Below, piece by piece: positions 38,800 through 50,769 of a stretch of 64,000 nucleotides of DNA. The position numbers and the translations under genes are program-made. Where the stretch lies: positions 16,089-80,088 of the forward strand of contig CAXXMS010000004.1 of NCBI GenBank assembly GCA_963678745.2, read 5' to 3'. The notes beneath the pieces were generated by a model. The model had not been told where the DNA came from. It searched no databases and worked only from the letters and a program-made list of their open reading frames with translations. Origin of the DNA: Victivallales bacterium. Lineage in GTDB: Bacteria; Verrucomicrobiota; Lentisphaeria; Victivallales; GWF2-38-69. The number at the start of each line of letters is the position of its first letter. Positions within the stretch are counted from its first letter, which is position 1.

Positions 38800-40953
38800 T
38801 TGACTCCCGGAGCAAATATGCCATCTGAAAAAATCAAGCAGGCTAATAGGAAACTCAAACAACAAATCTTATCAATCTTAAAGGAACAGCCATGTTATTT
38901 ACCAGATCTGTATAGAAGTCTCAAACTCAGGCAAAAAAAAGAACACAGACAAATACATAAAGTTCTAGAAAAACTTTATCATAAAAAAATAATAGTAAAG
39001 GACAAAAAAGGGTTATTGAGAGTTGCAGCATCAAGTGAACTTGTAAAAGGGAAAATAGCTATAACATCCCAGGGTTATGGATTTGTGACGATTGAGAATA
39101 AAGAAGAAGCAACAGATATTTTTATTCCTGCTAAGCATATTAATTCCGCACTGGATGGAGATAAAGTAAAAATCAGATTATTAAATGATTCTATTTCCAG
39201 AAGAGAACCGGGTAAAGGCCCTGTCGGAATAGTTTATGAAGTAGAAGAAAGAAACAGACCTTTTCTAATTGGAGAGCTACTGCTGAAAAATGATGGTTTC
39301 TTTGTACGCCCTTTGAATAGACGTCTTCCAGAAGATATAAGAGTATCAGGAAATTGTAAAGGTGCCAAGCGCGGTGATTGGGTTAAAGCTGAACTTTTAT
39401 ATGGACAAAGAAATAGAAACAAAACGACCTGCCAAATTTTAAGTTCTTTAGGCAAAGTAGGAAATATAGAAAATGATATTCAGGCATTAATACTTGAATA
39501 CAACCTTCTACCACTTTATACTGAGTCAGAAGAACAGAAGGCAATGGAATTAGAACCAAACGAAATAAAAAGAAAAGATCTAACCTCTTTATATTGCGTA
39601 ACAATAGACCCTCACGATGCTAAAGATTTTGACGATGCAATTTCTGTCACCAAGGGTAAGAAGAATGATGAAGTAATTGTAGGTATTCATATAGCAGATG
39701 TTGCTACATGGATACAACCTGGAAGCTACTTTGATGAACAGGCTGCAGAACGCGGTTTTACAGCCTATATACCCGGCAACACGCGCCCAATGCTGCCCAA
39801 AAATTTAACAGCGAACATAAGCCTTACCTGTGACAAAATAAGTTTAGCACACACTGTTTTACTAACTGTCAATACTAATACAGGGGAAATAAAAAATCAG
39901 GAAAGATGCCATAGCAAAATTCAAATAAAGAAGAGATTGAGTTTTGGTGAGGTTGAAAATTATATTAGAGAAAAAACTGCTATTGAAGGAACTGATGAAG
40001 AATTTAATAAAAATCTTGACTTATTAATTCAAACTTACCATACGATGCGTAAATGCCGAAAAGAAAATGAAAAATTCATTAATCTTTCCACCACTGAAAT
40101 TAGAGTTTTAAGAAATGATAATACAGGTGAAATATTAGGAATTGAAAAAAAGAAACAGGGTGAAGCCGACCAATTAGTCGAAGAATTTATGTTAGCGGCA
40201 AATTCAGCTGTAGCCAGAGAATTGACAAATAAAAAAATCAACGGAATCTATAGAATACATCCCCCACCGGATGAAGAAAAGATTGAAGAATTTTCTGATT
40301 TTGTAAGTAATGTTTTTGGGATCAGTACAGGAAACTTAAATTCCGGAAGAGAAGCCTGCCAGCATTTCTTAAATAAAATATCAGGAAAGAATTACGAAGA
40401 AATAATAATATCTGCATTTCTCAGATCATTGAATCGTGCTTTATACAAAGAAAAACCTGATATCCATTACGGCCTTGGAAAGGGACTTTACTCTCATTTT
40501 ACCAGTCCTATAAGAAGATATTCAGATCTTACAGTTCATCAGCAATTATGGAAAACTGATTCAGGTAAAAAAACACGTGATATTGAGATAATTAAAATTA
40601 TTGCAGAAGACTGCACTGAAAAAGAAAAGAATATTGACGAAGCATATTTTGCCGCTAATGATAGACTAAAACTCCACTACTTGCAAAGCTTATTAAATAA
40701 GCAGCAGATAGAAACGTATGAAGGAGTAATACGCAAAGTCAATGCATCAGTTATTCTGGCCGATATAGCAGATATAGGAATTACTGCAGTAATCCCGGTT
40801 AAAACTGTTAAAGGTAATTTAAGAAAAGCTAAAGGAAGACTTATAGCCTCAAAAGGCAGTACAAAATATAAACCTGGAGATATTGTTTATCTTCAACTTG
40901 AAAGAATTGATTTTATTAAAGGAGATGCCATATTTAAACCAATCCAATTTTAA
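38800..40953 (+). CDS. rnr: ribonuclease R
   Basis: Cold-shock/OB N-terminal region (GYGFVTIENKEE), RNB catalytic domain (IDPHDAKDFDDAISV, HIADVA, YSHFTSPIRRYSDLTVHQ) and a C-terminal S1-like domain. The likely true start is the ATG at 38818 (MPSEK). Confidence 0.9.
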   Translation: MTPGANMPSEKIKQANRKLKQQILSILKEQPCYLPDLYRSLKLRQKKEHRQIHKVLEKLYHKKIIVKDKKGLLRVAASSELVKGKIAITSQGYGFVTIENKEEATDIFIPAKHINSALDGDKVKIRLLNDSISRREPGKGPVGIVYEVEERNRPFLIGELLLKNDGFFVRPLNRRLPEDIRVSGNCKGAKRGDWVKAELLYGQRNRNKTTCQILSSLGKVGNIENDIQALILEYNLLPLYTESEEQKAMELEPNEIKRKDLTSLYCVTIDPHDAKDFDDAISVTKGKKNDEVIVGIHIADVATWIQPGSYFDEQAAERGFTAYIPGNTRPMLPKNLTANISLTCDKISLAHTVLLTVNTNTGEIKNQERCHSKIQIKKRLSFGEVENYIREKTAIEGTDEEFNKNLDLLIQTYHTMRKCRKENEKFINLSTTEIRVLRNDNTGEILGIEKKKQGEADQLVEEFMLAANSAVARELTNKKINGIYRIHPPPDEEKIEEFSDFVSNVFGISTGNLNSGREACQHFLNKISGKNYEEIIISAFLRSLNRALYKEKPDIHYGLGKGLYSHFTSPIRRYSDLTVHQQLWKTDSGKKTRDIEIIKIIAEDCTEKEKNIDEAYFAANDRLKLHYLQSLLNKQQIETYEGVIRKVNASVILADIADIGITAVIPVKTVKGNLRKAKGRLIASKGSTKYKPGDIVYLQLERIDFIKGDAIFKPIQF

Positions 40954-41157
40954 TAGAAAATATTATAATTTGTGTTTTCTTCGCTAAATGCGAATTTGGT
41001 TATTAATAAATCTTTACTCAAAACTATATTCATTTTGAATAAAAGGTAAATAAAACTGGATATATACCTAAAACTATATTTCTAGAAAAAGTTAATAAAG
41101 TATCGAGATTGCTTGTAATAAAATAAACTAAAAACAAAAATATTAAAGGTCAAAATA

Positions 41158-42372
41158 ATGTCTGAAAAGATTGATAAAACAAATATTGACAGTGGTGTCA
41201 AACGGCAGTTTCGAACAATGCCTACTTTAGATCTTTATATCTTTAGAGAATTTCTCATCATTTATATATGCTTAACTTTCGCTTTTTGTTTATTATTTTT
41301 AGTCAGCGATTTAATAAACGGGCTTGGGGATTTTATGGACACAAAATCATCCTGGCTGACTATTGCATATTATTTTCTATTAAAACAACCAGGTGATATG
41401 AAGATGGTTCTTCCGGTTTCCCTGCTATTGTCAACTATATATACTATGGCAAGATTTGGAATGAATAATGAAATAACAGCAATGAGAGCATCGGGTGTTT
41501 CCCTTCTTAGATGCGGAGTTTCATTATACATTGTAGGTTTGATTGTAACAGGTGTTAACTTCTGGTTTAATGTAAGCTTTGAACCTAACTGCCAAAGACA
41601 AGCTACAATAGTAAAAGCTACCGCAAGTAACCCTAATTATATAAAATATATGACAAGAATGCTTGTCTACAGAACACCTAACGGAGAAAGAACCTGGCTT
41701 ATCCAAAATTTCGTCTCAGAAAATAAACAAACAGGAATACAACTAAAAAAATATAATAAAAAGGGAGATTTAATATTAGAACTTTATGCAAAAAAATCAC
41801 TTTATTCACCATCAAAAGGGTGGGAATTTTTTGATGGGAATATAGTTGAATATAAAAATATTTCATTAATTGATGATTATAATACTTCTACGCTTGGAGA
41901 CAAACAGACAATACTTGCTCCTATTTCTAAAAATTTTAATACATTTAATAGCAAAGACAAAGAATATGCACAGCTTGGTCACATTTTTGAAACTCCACAG
42001 GATTTCTTTAATGTTACAAGAGAATTAAACGAATGGCCTTCAGCTGATATTCAAAGTGTTCTTGATAGAGCAGAAGGTTTATCCAAAACAACAAGAAACT
42101 ATTATAAAACAATTCTATACACCAGATGGTCTTTCCCATGGGTATGTTTGTTATGTGTTTTTCTTGCTATCCCATTGGCAGCAAGTAATGAACGAAAAGG
42201 AATTATGGTTTCAGTAGCATCTGCTGTCGCTATTGTAATTGCATATCAAATAGTTTCACAAATACTTACAGTTCTGGGACAAAAGAACTATCTTCCTGCA
42301 ATAGTTGCAGGTCCGGCACCTACAATAGTGTTACTTTTATACGTAATTTATATAATGAGAAAGTATAGATAG
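41158..42372 (+). CDS. LptF/LptG-family (YjgP/YjgQ) permease
   Basis: 404 aa with LDLYIFREFL at the N-terminus, three TM segments, a large periplasmic beta-jellyroll region and three more TM segments, which is the YjgP/YjgQ topology. Confidence 0.75.
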   Translation: MSEKIDKTNIDSGVKRQFRTMPTLDLYIFREFLIIYICLTFAFCLLFLVSDLINGLGDFMDTKSSWLTIAYYFLLKQPGDMKMVLPVSLLLSTIYTMARFGMNNEITAMRASGVSLLRCGVSLYIVGLIVTGVNFWFNVSFEPNCQRQATIVKATASNPNYIKYMTRMLVYRTPNGERTWLIQNFVSENKQTGIQLKKYNKKGDLILELYAKKSLYSPSKGWEFFDGNIVEYKNISLIDDYNTSTLGDKQTILAPISKNFNTFNSKDKEYAQLGHIFETPQDFFNVTRELNEWPSADIQSVLDRAEGLSKTTRNYYKTILYTRWSFPWVCLLCVFLAIPLAASNERKGIMVSVASAVAIVIAYQIVSQILTVLGQKNYLPAIVAGPAPTIVLLLYVIYIMRKYR

Positions 42373-42464
42373 ACTGACCTCATACAACTCATAATACCCA
42401 ATTCATGTAAATTACAGCCAGTTTCTGTCAAAACATCTAACATTAAAAATTTAAGGAATTTAAA

Positions 42465-44417
42465 ATGGCAAAAGGAACAGTAACTCAAAAAATTCTTAAA
42501 TCACATATAATATCAGGAAACTTGACTCAAGGTGAGAAAATAGGAATAAAAATTGACCAGACTTTAACCCAGGACGCCACCGGCACTATGGCTTATCTTG
42601 AACTGGAAGCAATGAATATTGATAAAGTGAAAACGGAACTATCTGTCTCTTATGTGGACCATAACACTTTGCAGAATGGTCCTGAAAACAGTAACGATCA
42701 TCTTTACCTCAAAACAGTCGCTGCAGCAAAAGGAGTATATTTTTCACGTCCAGGTAATGGAATATGCCATCAAGTACATCTTGAAAGATTCGGTATTCCC
42801 GGAAAAACTCTATTAGGTTCAGATTCTCACACCCCCACAAACGGTGGATTAGGGATGATATCAATAGGCGCCGGAGGGCTTGATGTTGCTTTAGCTATGG
42901 CAGGAAAACCGTTTCAGTTGAATTTCCCTAAAATCATCGGAATCAAATTAACAGGCAAACTTTCCCCCTGGGTCACAGCAAAAGATATTATTCTAAAAGT
43001 TCTTGAAATACTTACAACAAAAGGAAACGTTGGCTGCTCTGTTGAATATTTCGGCCCAGGAGTTGAAACATTAACAGTCCCCGAACGTGCAACAATAACC
43101 AATATGGGAGCAGAGTTGGGAGTTACTTTTTCTATATTCCCATCAGATAAAAACACAAAAGCTTTTCTCAATGCTCAAAACCGGGGAAAATTCTGGAAAG
43201 AAATTATTCCGGATAACGATGCAGAATATGACAAACTTATTGAAATAGATCTCGATAAGCTTGAACCATTGGCCGCCTGCCCATCAAGTCCTGATAATAT
43301 TTCAAGAATCAGAGATATTGAAAATCAAAATGTAGATCAGGTAATAATAGGTTCGTGCACAAACAGTTCACTACTTGATTTATTGCTTGTTGCTCATGTA
43401 TTAAAAGGAAGAACTATATCAAGCAATACAACTCTGAGTATAGCACCGGGAAGCCGTCAGGTAATGGAAACTTTAGCAAAGAATGGTAAGCTGGCTGATA
43501 TTATTGCTGCCGGAGCAAGAATTCTTGAATGCTCATGCGGCCCCTGCATAGGTCAAGGACAAAGCCCTTCAAATGACAGCATTTCTTTAAGAACTTTCAA
43601 TAGAAACTTTTCCGGCAGAACCGGCACAAAAAATGATCAGGCATATCTTGTAAGCCCTGCAGTAGCCATTGCTTCGGCATTAACAGGAAAAATAACAGAT
43701 CCAAGAGATTTGAAAATACAATACCCAAGCCTTAAATTGCCGGATAACTTTTTAATTAATGATAACATGATTATCAAATCAATATTAGATGATGAATCTG
43801 AAAAAATAGAAATTATAAGAAAGCCGACAATAGGAAATCCTCCATCCAACCATCCGCTTCCGAAAAATATTAATGGTTCTGTCCTTATCAAAGTTGGCGA
43901 TAAAATTACAACTGACCATATAATGCCGGCTGGAATATATCTGAAACTCAGAAGTAATATCCCTGCTTATTCAAAAGTTGTTTTTGAATGTTTTACAGAA
44001 AAAGATAGGCCCTCATTTGCTGAAAGAGCCGAAAAAATAAGGGACAATGGCCATCATGGAATAATAGTTGGACGCGACAGTTATGGGCAAGGCTCATCAC
44101 GAGAACATGCTGCAATATGCCCAATGTACCTGGGAGTAAAAGCGGTAATAGCAAAAACAATAGAAAGAATACATGCTGCAAATCTTATAAATTTCGGAAT
44201 TATTCCATTTAATTTTGTTAACGATGAAGATTATGATAAAATTGAAGAAGCTGATTCAATAATCATTAATAATATTAGAGAAAAAATCAGACAGGGAAAG
44301 AAAGTAATAGCAAAAATACTAAAGCCTGACAGAAAAGAAATTGAAATTGAGTTAAGCCATACATTAAATGAAGAAGAAATAGCTATTATTCTTGCTGGAG
44401 GCAGATTAAATATTTAA
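42465..44417 (+). CDS. acn: aconitate hydratase (short ~650-aa type)
   Basis: Fe-S ligand motifs GSDSHTP, IGSCTNS and CGPCIG in aconitase order, plus a swivel domain with GQGSSREHAA. Confidence 0.85.
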   Translation: MAKGTVTQKILKSHIISGNLTQGEKIGIKIDQTLTQDATGTMAYLELEAMNIDKVKTELSVSYVDHNTLQNGPENSNDHLYLKTVAAAKGVYFSRPGNGICHQVHLERFGIPGKTLLGSDSHTPTNGGLGMISIGAGGLDVALAMAGKPFQLNFPKIIGIKLTGKLSPWVTAKDIILKVLEILTTKGNVGCSVEYFGPGVETLTVPERATITNMGAELGVTFSIFPSDKNTKAFLNAQNRGKFWKEIIPDNDAEYDKLIEIDLDKLEPLAACPSSPDNISRIRDIENQNVDQVIIGSCTNSSLLDLLLVAHVLKGRTISSNTTLSIAPGSRQVMETLAKNGKLADIIAAGARILECSCGPCIGQGQSPSNDSISLRTFNRNFSGRTGTKNDQAYLVSPAVAIASALTGKITDPRDLKIQYPSLKLPDNFLINDNMIIKSILDDESEKIEIIRKPTIGNPPSNHPLPKNINGSVLIKVGDKITTDHIMPAGIYLKLRSNIPAYSKVVFECFTEKDRPSFAERAEKIRDNGHHGIIVGRDSYGQGSSREHAAICPMYLGVKAVIAKTIERIHAANLINFGIIPFNFVNDEDYDKIEEADSIIINNIREKIRQGKKVIAKILKPDRKEIEIELSHTLNEEEIAIILAGGRLNI

Positions 44418-44596
44418 TTGTTTTATGTGTAGAATGTACCTTAATTAAAAGTACAATACTCTACTTGATACATATTTCCGTGTGTTTCTACAAAAACGAT
44501 TAAGTTCGAAATTCTGTAGTAACGCATGGTCATACATCAGAAACGACTCAGTCTTCAAAGCTTTTCAATATCTGAATTAATACAGAAAACTAACAA

Positions 44597-45130
44597 TTAT
44601 ACTTCAGAATAAGATTTTATCTGTTCAAAAGGTATTCTATACTTCTTCTCTTCGCCATTAACTAATATCATGCTGACTATTATCAGGTTATCCCTTATTT
44701 CAAGAATCCTGTTAACCTTTACTTTTTTATTATTTGTAAGAACAAACAAAAAGGGTCCGCGAGGATTTCCCTGTTCATCATTAGCAACTTCACTAAGTTC
44801 TTTTGCCATTTTTTGTTCAGCAGTAAGCTCAATTTCCTTTTCAGAAATATTTTCAGAAACAGACTTTTTTTTAGGACGAAAAATCTGATAAATTATTAAA
44901 GGGTAAAACCAAGGTATTATCATCCCCCCAAAAAAATGTATTAAACGATTCTTTTTATCTTTTTCTGCATACTGAGAACTTAAAAAAGCACTGGCAAATA
45001 CTACAATAATTATAACTATTCCAATAGAAATAGTTACTAACGAAATTGAAATAGATACCTGGCCCGTATAACCGAACCATAATAAAACTTTAGAAAACAA
45101 ATCATTTATACCGGTATTAATAACTTCCAT
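44597..45130 (-). CDS. hypothetical membrane protein
   Basis: 177 aa with two hydrophobic segments followed by a charged soluble tail. I recognise no family. Confidence 0.5.
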   Translation of the reverse strand: MEVINTGINDLFSKVLLWFGYTGQVSISISLVTISIGIVIIIVVFASAFLSSQYAEKDKKNRLIHFFGGMIIPWFYPLIIYQIFRPKKKSVSENISEKEIELTAEQKMAKELSEVANDEQGNPRGPFLFVLTNNKKVKVNRILEIRDNLIIVSMILVNGEEKKYRIPFEQIKSYSEV

Positions 45131-45297
45131 ACATCTACTAAGCTAAATATAATTTACTCTTTTTAAACTGACTTTATAAAAAAATTAAATTACTTTCTAA
45201 AACTTTACAAATAATCAAAATCTTTTTTATTTGAATTTTATTTATTAATCTGTTCTATTTACTATCTCTCAATTTCAAAAATATATTAATAAAGAAT

Positions 45298-45732
45298 ATG
45301 AAACAGGGTTTTATGAAAAGTTTTAGAAAAGAATTATGGTTTAACGTTCCTAAAAGAAGAGGATTTGTTAATATCACACATCAAGTTTACGATTGTATTA
45401 AAGAATCAGGCATTAAAGAAGGCCTTGTTCTCTGCAATGCAATGCACATTACTGCGTCAGTATTTATCAATGATAATGAATCTGGCTTACACAATGACTA
45501 TGAACATTGGCTTGAAAAACTTGCACCACATGAACCATTATCACGCTATCAACACAATAATACAGGTGAAGATAATGGAGATGCCCACCTTAAAAGACAA
45601 ATAATGGGTAGAGAAGTCGTAGTCGCAGTAACTAATGGACAACTTGATTTTGGTCCGTGGGAACAAATCTTTTATGGTGAATTTGACGGACAAAGACCTA
45701 AAAGAGTTTTAGTAAAAATCATTGGAGAATAA
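45298..45732 (+). CDS. YjbQ/UPF0047 family protein
   Basis: NITHQV...[24 protein letters not shown]......P.......H.......[39 protein letters not shown] matches the YjbQ family pattern. Confidence 0.8.
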   Translation: MKQGFMKSFRKELWFNVPKRRGFVNITHQVYDCIKESGIKEGLVLCNAMHITASVFINDNESGLHNDYEHWLEKLAPHEPLSRYQHNNTGEDNGDAHLKRQIMGREVVVAVTNGQLDFGPWEQIFYGEFDGQRPKRVLVKIIGE

Positions 45733-45844
45733 ATTTATTTGTCAACTTAAAAGCTTTTTTTGCTTTTAACTGTATACATAAAAAATTAACTTGGTTTTTT
45801 GTCAGGTTTTTTGAAAACTCAACCGTTTTGGGTATAAAGATATA

Positions 45845-47119
45845 ATGCATAGAACAAAAAGTAAATTTAAACTTTATTATACTTTTATTTTTATATATTT
45901 AGTTTCAATATTAGCAGTAAATGCTTCAAAAACCAGTTTAACATCATTAAAAGAAAAAGCATCAGGAGGCGATAAGCGTGCCTGTTTAAAACTAGGTAAT
46001 ATGTTTTTTTTCGGTAATGAAGTTATTCAGGATTACTATGAAGCATTTCATTGGTATTATAATGCTGCTGTAAACGGCAGTCCATCCGCCCAATTTAACC
46101 TTGCAATATGTTATGATCAGGGACTGGGTATTGAGAAAAACCAATTGGAAGCTTTCAAATGGTACCAAAAAGCAGCCCGTGCAAATATAATTCAAGCTAA
46201 ATTCAATCTTGCTATGTATTATAAAGACGGTACTGAATTTAAAACGGATTCAGGCATTGTTCTTTTAAATCAGGATTTACCAAGAACAATCAAATTATTG
46301 AATGAAACGGCATCTTCGGGATTCGCCCCTGCAAAAAGAGAACTTGCAAAACTTTATCTTGAAGGAGAAGGTGTTGATAAAAATATAAATAAATCAATTG
46401 GATTATTTGAAGAGGCAGCTAAAGGTAATGACCCAGAAGCAATGTCACTCCTAGCACAATATCTTATTGAAAAAGAAAGTGATGATAAAGAAAAAATAGT
46501 ATTCTTACTAAAAGAGGCAGCTAAGCATAATATTCCAAGAGCGCTTGAAACCCTGGGCTCTTACTATGAGTGTGGGCTTCACGTTCCACAGGACAAGCAT
46601 CTCGCATTTTCATATTATAAAAAAGCTGCTGAACTTGACTCAACTGCAGCTCAGAAAAAATTAGCTGATTATTATTCTAACGGCAATATAGTAGATTTAA
46701 ACATATGGGAAGCAAAATACTGGTACAAAAAAGCAGCAGAAAAAAATGATCCTTATTCTTTATTTATGCTGGGAACTTATGCTGATCAGGGAATAGCTGA
46801 ACCTATTAACAAAAAACTTGCAGCAAGATATTTTATGAGATCAGCAAAATTTGACTTTCCTAAAGCTCAGTACAATCTTGCTACATATTACGCAAAAGGT
46901 GAAGGCGTATCTAAAGATTTAAAAATGGCAACCATGTGGTATAGAAAAGCCGCATTACAGAATGAGCCTAAAGCTCAACGCGAACTAGGTTTTATCTACT
47001 TAGAAGGAGTTGAAGATATTAATAAAGATTATGTATCCGGACTAAACTGGTTAACACTTGCAGAAAAATACGGAGATACTAAAGCTATTGACTTTATGAA
47101 CTCAATTAATCTAAACTGA
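45845..47119 (+). CDS. Sel1-repeat (SLR/TPR-like) secreted protein
   Basis: Signal or anchor segment, then about 9 tandem ~36-aa repeats of the A..WY.KAA..G...AQ..LG.MY..G.GV type. Confidence 0.85.
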   Translation: MHRTKSKFKLYYTFIFIYLVSILAVNASKTSLTSLKEKASGGDKRACLKLGNMFFFGNEVIQDYYEAFHWYYNAAVNGSPSAQFNLAICYDQGLGIEKNQLEAFKWYQKAARANIIQAKFNLAMYYKDGTEFKTDSGIVLLNQDLPRTIKLLNETASSGFAPAKRELAKLYLEGEGVDKNINKSIGLFEEAAKGNDPEAMSLLAQYLIEKESDDKEKIVFLLKEAAKHNIPRALETLGSYYECGLHVPQDKHLAFSYYKKAAELDSTAAQKKLADYYSNGNIVDLNIWEAKYWYKKAAEKNDPYSLFMLGTYADQGIAEPINKKLAARYFMRSAKFDFPKAQYNLATYYAKGEGVSKDLKMATMWYRKAALQNEPKAQRELGFIYLEGVEDINKDYVSGLNWLTLAEKYGDTKAIDFMNSINLN

Positions 47120-47127
47120 GGTTTTAC

Positions 47128-49971
47128 TTGAAAGATATTATAATAAAGGGAGCAAGACAGCATAATTTAAAAGGCATCGATGTCAATATTCCCAGAAACA
47201 AATTTGTAGTAATAACCGGCTTAAGCGGTTCGGGAAAATCTTCATTAGCCTTTGACACACTTTATGCTGAAGGACAGAGAAGATACGTTGAAAGTTTATC
47301 AGCTTATGCACGACAATTTCTTGACCAAATGGAAAAACCGGATGTCGAGCATATCGAAGGATTATCTCCGGCAATAGCAATTGAACAGAGATCTTCAGGA
47401 TCAAACCCAAGATCTACAGTTGCTACTACAACTGAAATTTATGATTATCTTCGCCTACTTTACTCCAGAACAGGTACTCCACATTGCCCAAAATGCGGAA
47501 GAGAAGTAAAAGGACAAAGCGCACTGGCAATATGTGACAAATTATTAAAATTACCTCCGGATAAAAAAATGCTAATCCTTGCTCCTTACATTGTTGGAAG
47601 AAAAGGAGAACACAGAGAAGTACTGGAAAAATTAAGAAAAGATGGGTTTGTCAGAGTTAGAATAGATAAACAAATACTAAGCCTGGATGATGATATTGAA
47701 CTGACAAAAACAAAAAAACACACTATTGAAGCAATTGTTGATAGATTAAAAACTGGAAAACTGGAGTCCTCAAGACTGTCGGACTCAATTGAACTTGCTC
47801 TTAGATGCGGAAATGGAACGCTGACAATATTAATAGAAAGTGATGATGAAAACAAGGAGTGGGAGGAACAGCAGATCAGTGAGCATTTAGCCTGTAATCA
47901 TTGTGGAATTAGCTTTGGTAAACTTGAACCAAGAAACTTCTCTTTTAATAGTCCTTATGGAGCTTGTAAAACATGTAATGGGCTGGGAACTAAGCTGGTG
48001 ATGAATCCCGAATTAACAATCACATACCCAGAACTTTCAATCAAAAAAGGTGCAATTCCTATTTGGAGAAGAGGCCCGCGAAGATTAATCATATATTATA
48101 ATCATCTTTTAAGATGTCTGGCTGAACATTATGATTATCCAAATCTTATGAAAACTCCATTCAACAAGATACCGGATAAACTTAAAAACATTTTACTTTA
48201 TGGAAGTGGAGAAGAAATCATCAAATTTGATTACTGGCATAGAGGTAAAGTACATGAAATGCGCAAACCTTTCGAAGGAATACTGCCAAGCTTAGAAAGA
48301 CGTTATATTGAGACAGAAAGTGATTCTGTTAGAGAACGCATAAGAGCCTGCATGATAAAAAAAACCTGTCCAGACTGTAATGGCGCAAGATTAAACCCTA
48401 CCAGTCTGGCTGTTACTGTAGGCAGATTGGGAATCCATGAATTTAACGCTTTAAATATAAAAAGTGCCATTGAATTTATAACGAACCTAGACTTATCTGA
48501 AGAAAACCAAACTATTGCTAAGGAAATATTGAATGAAATAACTTCACGCCTGGGTTTTCTTAAAAGCGTTGGCTTATCCTATCTGACCCTCAATCGAGAA
48601 AGTTCTACATTATCAGGAGGAGAGGCACAGAGAATAAGGTTAGCAACACAACTAGGTAGTGGACTCGTTGGTGTTATATATATTCTTGATGAGCCAAGTA
48701 TCGGTCTCCATCAACGCGATAATGATAAATTGCTTGATACCTTGATAAATCTTAGAGATACCGGCAATACAGTTGTTGTGGTAGAACATGATCTTGATAC
48801 AATTAAAAAAGCAGACTGCGTAATCGATCTTGGCCCCGGAGCAGGAAGACTTGGAGGAGAATTAGTTTTCTGCGGTAAACCTGAGAATATGAAATTCGTA
48901 AATACTCATACAGCTGACTTTATATCAGGAAAACGCGATATACACATACCTGAAAAAAGAGAAAAAGGCAATGGTCAGTTTATTACAATAAAGGGAGCAG
49001 CACAAAATAATTTAAAAAACATCAACGTAAAAATACCACTTGGAACACTTTGCTGTGTAACAGGTGTATCTGGATCCGGCAAAAGCAGTCTTATTAATGA
49101 TATTTTAAGGATTGCAATAAATAAACATTTTAAAATCGGACGAGAAATACCAGGTAACCACAAAGAAATTATAGGTTTAGATCAACTTGGAAAATCAATT
49201 GTTATAGATCAGACTCCTATAGGAAGAACTCCAAGGTCTAATCCGGCAACATATACCGATGCTTTTACATTAATTCGCCAACTGTTTGCCAAACTGCCCG
49301 AATCAAGGGCAAGAGGCTATAAACCGGGAAGATTTTCATTTAATGTTAAAGGTGGAAGATGCGAAGAATGTAAAGGAGATGGAATTAAAAAAATAGAAAT
49401 GCTGTTTCTTCCGGATGTTTATGTTCAATGTTCAGTATGCCACGGAAAAAGATTCAACAACGAAACATTAAACATTCTTTACAAAGGTAAAAGTATTTCA
49501 GATATTTTAGAAATGACAGTAAACGAAGCCTGCTCATTTTTTGAAGCAATACCAAACTTATATAGAAAGTTAAAAACACTTGTTGATGTCGGTTTAGGTT
49601 ACATTCATTTAGGTCAACCTGCAACTACTCTTTCTGGAGGAGAAGCACAGCGTGTTAAGCTAGCAACAGAACTATCCAAACGCCAACAGGGACATACCCT
49701 CTATATTTTAGATGAACCTACAACAGGACTGCATATTGCAGATGTTGAAAACCTATTAAAGGTATTATACAAATTAAGAGATCAGGGAAATACTGTTTTA
49801 ATTATTGAGCATAATCTGGACGTAATAAAAGTTGCAGATTACATAATAGATCTAGGTCCCGAAGGTGGTGATGAAGGAGGCCAGCTTATAGCAAAAGGAA
49901 CGCCGGAACAGGTAGCAAAGAATAAAAAATCTTATACAGGACAATACCTTAAAAAGATATTGTCCTCGTAA
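47128..49971 (+). CDS. uvrA: excinuclease ABC subunit UvrA
   Basis: 947 aa with [10 protein letters not shown], two ABC modules (GLSGSGKSS / GVSGSGKSS; LSGGEAQR twice) and zinc modules ([24 protein letters not shown]). Confidence 0.97.
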   Translation: MKDIIIKGARQHNLKGIDVNIPRNKFVVITGLSGSGKSSLAFDTLYAEGQRRYVESLSAYARQFLDQMEKPDVEHIEGLSPAIAIEQRSSGSNPRSTVATTTEIYDYLRLLYSRTGTPHCPKCGREVKGQSALAICDKLLKLPPDKKMLILAPYIVGRKGEHREVLEKLRKDGFVRVRIDKQILSLDDDIELTKTKKHTIEAIVDRLKTGKLESSRLSDSIELALRCGNGTLTILIESDDENKEWEEQQISEHLACNHCGISFGKLEPRNFSFNSPYGACKTCNGLGTKLVMNPELTITYPELSIKKGAIPIWRRGPRRLIIYYNHLLRCLAEHYDYPNLMKTPFNKIPDKLKNILLYGSGEEIIKFDYWHRGKVHEMRKPFEGILPSLERRYIETESDSVRERIRACMIKKTCPDCNGARLNPTSLAVTVGRLGIHEFNALNIKSAIEFITNLDLSEENQTIAKEILNEITSRLGFLKSVGLSYLTLNRESSTLSGGEAQRIRLATQLGSGLVGVIYILDEPSIGLHQRDNDKLLDTLINLRDTGNTVVVVEHDLDTIKKADCVIDLGPGAGRLGGELVFCGKPENMKFVNTHTADFISGKRDIHIPEKREKGNGQFITIKGAAQNNLKNINVKIPLGTLCCVTGVSGSGKSSLINDILRIAINKHFKIGREIPGNHKEIIGLDQLGKSIVIDQTPIGRTPRSNPATYTDAFTLIRQLFAKLPESRARGYKPGRFSFNVKGGRCEECKGDGIKKIEMLFLPDVYVQCSVCHGKRFNNETLNILYKGKSISDILEMTVNEACSFFEAIPNLYRKLKTLVDVGLGYIHLGQPATTLSGGEAQRVKLATELSKRQQGHTLYILDEPTTGLHIADVENLLKVLYKLRDQGNTVLIIEHNLDVIKVADYIIDLGPEGGDEGGQLIAKGTPEQVAKNKKSYTGQYLKKILSS

Positions 49972-49991
49972 AATTCTGACTTACAAAAGTC

Positions 49992-50732
49992 TTATTGCCA
50001 AAATGATGTATTAATAATTTCGTATGCAACAGCCCCAATAATTCCACCTATTATCGGCCCTACTATAGGAATCCAGCTATAACTCCAATCAGAGTTTCTT
50101 TTACCGGGAATCGGCAATATTGCATGAGCTATCCTTGGAGCTAAATCCCTAGCCGGATTAATAGCATACCCAGTTGGTCCACCAAGGGAAAGACCAATTG
50201 CTAAAACAAGAAGTCCTACTGCAAAAGGCCCCATCCCGTCTTTTAAACCATTATTGGCACTTGAAACGCCAAGTACACCAAAAAGCAGCATTGCTGTTCC
50301 AACAATTTCAGTTATAAGATTTGCCACTTTATTTCTAATAGCAGGCATTGTACAAAAAACAGATAATTTAAGGTTTGGATCCTCAGTTTCTTTCCAGTGC
50401 GCTAAATACGTTAAATAGACAATTACAGCTCCAATAAATGCTCCCAACATTTGACCTCCAATATATGAGAAAGCCGCTGATGGTGCAACATCTCCTACAG
50501 CTATCAATCCAATAGTTACAGCTGGATTTAAATGGGCACCACTAACCCAACCTGTAATATAAACAGCCATTGCTACACCAAGTCCCCATCCTGTAGTTAT
50601 AACAATCCACCCTGAGTTTTCTCCTTTACTTTTTTTCAACAGGACATTTGCAACTACACCATCTCCTAATAAGATTAAAACCATAGTTCCAACTAGTTCA
50701 GCAGAAAAATCTGTTCCCATAAAATAATGCAT
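49992..50732 (-). CDS. glpF: MIP-family channel (GlpF-like aquaglyceroporin)
   Basis: Two NPA boxes (SGAHLNPAVT, YAINPARDLAPR) and six TM segments. Confidence 0.85.
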   Translation of the reverse strand: MHYFMGTDFSAELVGTMVLILLGDGVVANVLLKKSKGENSGWIVITTGWGLGVAMAVYITGWVSGAHLNPAVTIGLIAVGDVAPSAAFSYIGGQMLGAFIGAVIVYLTYLAHWKETEDPNLKLSVFCTMPAIRNKVANLITEIVGTAMLLFGVLGVSSANNGLKDGMGPFAVGLLVLAIGLSLGGPTGYAINPARDLAPRIAHAILPIPGKRNSDWSYSWIPIVGPIIGGIIGAVAYEIINTSFWQ

Positions 50733-50769
50733 ACTTCCCCCATCTCTTTTTAAACTTTATTTTGTAATC